Below, piece after piece: positions 25,378 to 26,965 of a stretch of 26,965 nucleotides of DNA. The position numbers were made by a program, and so were the translations under genes. Numbering within the stretch: position 1 is the stretch's first letter; each line of letters begins with the position of its first letter. This stretch comes from a virus (Duplodnaviria > Caudoviricetes). The notes below the pieces were generated by a model. That model searched no databases and was not told the origin of the DNA. It saw nothing but the letters and a program-made list of their open reading frames with translations. The DNA is taken from the IMG/VR virus record IMGVR_UViG_3300017720_000053, positions 1 through 26,965 of that record; one strand, 5' to 3'.

Positions 25378-25908
25378 TTAAGAATTAATAACATTTAACA
25401 TTTGTTCAATTCGCTCTTCTGTAGTACCTTTTATAGTTTCTACATTTTTCATCATATATGCATATTTTTTAATAAAACTCATAATAGTAAAATCTATAAC
25501 ATCTCTATAGTGTTCATCTGTTTCACGTACTCCATTATCTTCAATAGGCAAGCCATCAGGAGAAATATAAAAAATATAATCATATTCTCTAATAAATTCT
25601 TTCGCATATTCTACAAATTTATCTTTATCTTGGTAAGGTATAGATTTAGCATTTTGTGTAAATGACATTACATCTATTATTGTTCTATCAGTAATAATAT
25701 TATCATGCATTAATTCAGCACAACGTTCAGCTAAAAATACTGTTTGGCCTTTTAAAGTTGAATCAGTATTTAATGGAATACCTAAATCATTTAAATATTT
25801 ACTACGTTCTGTAGCAAAATTATAATGTTGAAATTCCTCTGTATTTTTTAATGCTTTTACTAATGTAGTTTTTCCTACACTCATTGTACCACATAAACCT
25901 ATTTTCAT
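25378..25908 (-). CDS. P-loop NTPase / nucleotide kinase-like protein (AAA_28 / NadR-Ttd14-like)
   Basis: MKIGLCGTMSVGKTTL Walker A, ITDRTIID, YDYIFY, IEDNGVRE, G..EERI. Confidence 0.8.
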   Translation of the reverse strand: MKIGLCGTMSVGKTTLVKALKNTEEFQHYNFATERSKYLNDLGIPLNTDSTLKGQTVFLAERCAELMHDNIITDRTIIDVMSFTQNAKSIPYQDKDKFVEYAKEFIREYDYIFYISPDGLPIEDNGVRETDEHYRDVIDFTIMSFIKKYAYMMKNVETIKGTTEERIEQMLNVINS

Positions 25909-25910
25909 AA

Positions 25911-26168
25911 TTAATTTCTATGTGTAGTTCCTTTTGGAGCAGGTTGTTTATACCATGGTAATCCTGTTCTATTTCTAACTACTTCTTTAAATTCACTTTC
26001 ACTATATTTTATTCCATAAAGATAATATTCTCTTTTTTTCTCATTACCCCCTGGTATTAATGCTGGTCCTTCCCAATTATGAAATTTATTATCCCAAATA
26101 TAAGCTATTGTACCATCCGCCTTTTTTAATCTTTGACCACTAGGCCACTCATTGTCTTTATTTTTCAT
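25911..26168 (-). CDS. Small phage protein with an HxxxGPA repeat-type motif
   Basis: KFHNWEGPALIP...EYYLYG resembles the LHRxDGPA unit common in phage proteins. ATG 26168 avoids overlap with the upstream gene. Confidence 0.6.
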   Translation of the reverse strand: MKNKDNEWPSGQRLKKADGTIAYIWDNKFHNWEGPALIPGGNEKKREYYLYGIKYSESEFKEVVRNRTGLPWYKQPAPKGTTHRN

Positions 26169-26190
26169 ACTCCAATATACGTAATTTATT

Positions 26191-26965
26191 TTACTCCTCC
26201 AAGATTTTTTCAGCAACTAGTGTACCATGGGCTCCTGATACTGAAATACCCCTTGCTGACAACGCATCACCAACAAAATGCACATTAGGATATTTAGTTA
26301 ATGATAAATCAGAATAATTAACTAGTGGTTCAGGAGCTAGGTATTTTACCTCAGGCACATAGATTCCCCAATCATCTTTTAATGTGGGAAATACTAATTT
26401 CATATCATTGATAAAATCTTCAATATATTTATAATATCCTTGAAACGCATCTTTAACAACATCTAAATTTTCTATTTTAGTTGATGATACATTTACTCCT
26501 TCTGATGTTGTAGATGGTTCTCTACTTGGGCTATAAAATAATCCTGTGCTATTTTTTTGTACTTTACCTACTAATTCTCTTGCCCATTTAAATGGTTCTT
26601 TAATACCTTGTACTTCCATTAATATACCAAAATTAGTCATATTATTTCTAAAAGCTTCATCTTTTTTAGCGTGACCATTATAACTGTGGTCTCCATATGT
26701 TTCTTCTACTGCTACATATGCTGCATTATTATTTGTACAAAATGATCTTAATGATACACCTTCGTTATCAAATTTTCTATATAATTTAAAATCATAAGCA
26801 ACATCAATTAACTTTTGAAAGTGACTTTGTGGTGCTTCAAATCTAACACCTACTTGAGCTGGTTTTTCTTCTGTTGGTAAATCATATTTTTTCATTATAT
26901 CTGAAGTAAAATCAATACCTGATTTACCTACACCAAATATTAATTTATCATAGTTTAACCATAAT
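26191..26965 (-). CDS. FAD-dependent oxidoreductase (uncharacterised dehydrogenase family), 5'-partial
   Basis: The frame stays open to the window edge (LWLNYDKLIFGVGKSGIDF...). Motifs VGVRFE, RSFCTN, NGH, TNFGIL, PEVKY and C-terminal VHFVGDALSARGISVSGAHG. Confidence 0.8.
   Translation of the reverse strand, partial: LWLNYDKLIFGVGKSGIDFTSDIMKKYDLPTEEKPAQVGVRFEAPQSHFQKLIDVAYDFKLYRKFDNEGVSLRSFCTNNNAAYVAVEETYGDHSYNGHAKKDEAFRNNMTNFGILMEVQGIKEPFKWARELVGKVQKNSTGLFYSPSREPSTTSEGVNVSSTKIENLDVVKDAFQGYYKYIEDFINDMKLVFPTLKDDWGIYVPEVKYLAPEPLVNYSDLSLTKYPNVHFVGDALSARGISVSGAHGTLVAEKILEE

Noticed and set aside
6546-25665. Plus-strand ORFs in the track (6546, 8561, 10702, 13183, 15290, 15767, 16049, 16901, 18423, 22075, 24653, 25026, 25402)
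   Set aside because: They lie antisense to well-supported genes, have S/L/I/F-rich shadow composition and lack their own expression signals.
1-26965. Alternative genetic code (TAG/TGA recoding)
   Set aside because: Conserved genes such as terminase, portal, capsid and sheath are full length under the standard bacterial code, and coding density is already very high.
1-26965. CRISPR array, tRNA or rRNA genes
   Set aside because: Intergenic gaps are all about 125 nt or shorter. No regularly spaced repeats or cloverleaf signatures were seen by eye.

Overview
AT-rich segment of a large T4-like (contractile-tailed) bacteriophage genome carrying nearly the whole virion morphogenesis module. All well-supported genes are on the minus strand. 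In transcription order (right to left): partial FAD-dependent oxidoreductase, small HxxxGPA-motif protein, P-loop kinase/ATPase, small head-associated protein, an overlapping spanin-like membrane protein pair, large terminase, portal, four putative head-core/internal proteins, prohead protease, scaffold, major capsid protein, neck/head closure/tail terminator, tail sheath, tail tube, gp26-like + gp51-like tail chaperones, tape measure, tube-initiator-like protein, LysM wedge protein and an apparently truncated baseplate hub-like protein. Product calls rest on recalled motifs and gene order, not on database searches. SD-less A/T-rich starts and a Gln-after-signal-peptide protein suggest a Bacteroidota host (inference). 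Highlights: (1) a likely +1/-2 programmed frameshift at a U7 run inside a GC-rich structured island joining the tail chaperones; (2) an intergenic ATATTTATAA motif in 11 exact copies, containing the T4 late promoter in reverse orientation; (3) an overlapping spanin-like pair with no lipoprotein cysteine; (4) strong [ST]-G-S enrichment in exterior virion proteins; (5) head proteins built as modules separated by [ILV]-x-E protease-like sites; (6) a two-hairpin leader and a codon-usage island in the scaffold gene.
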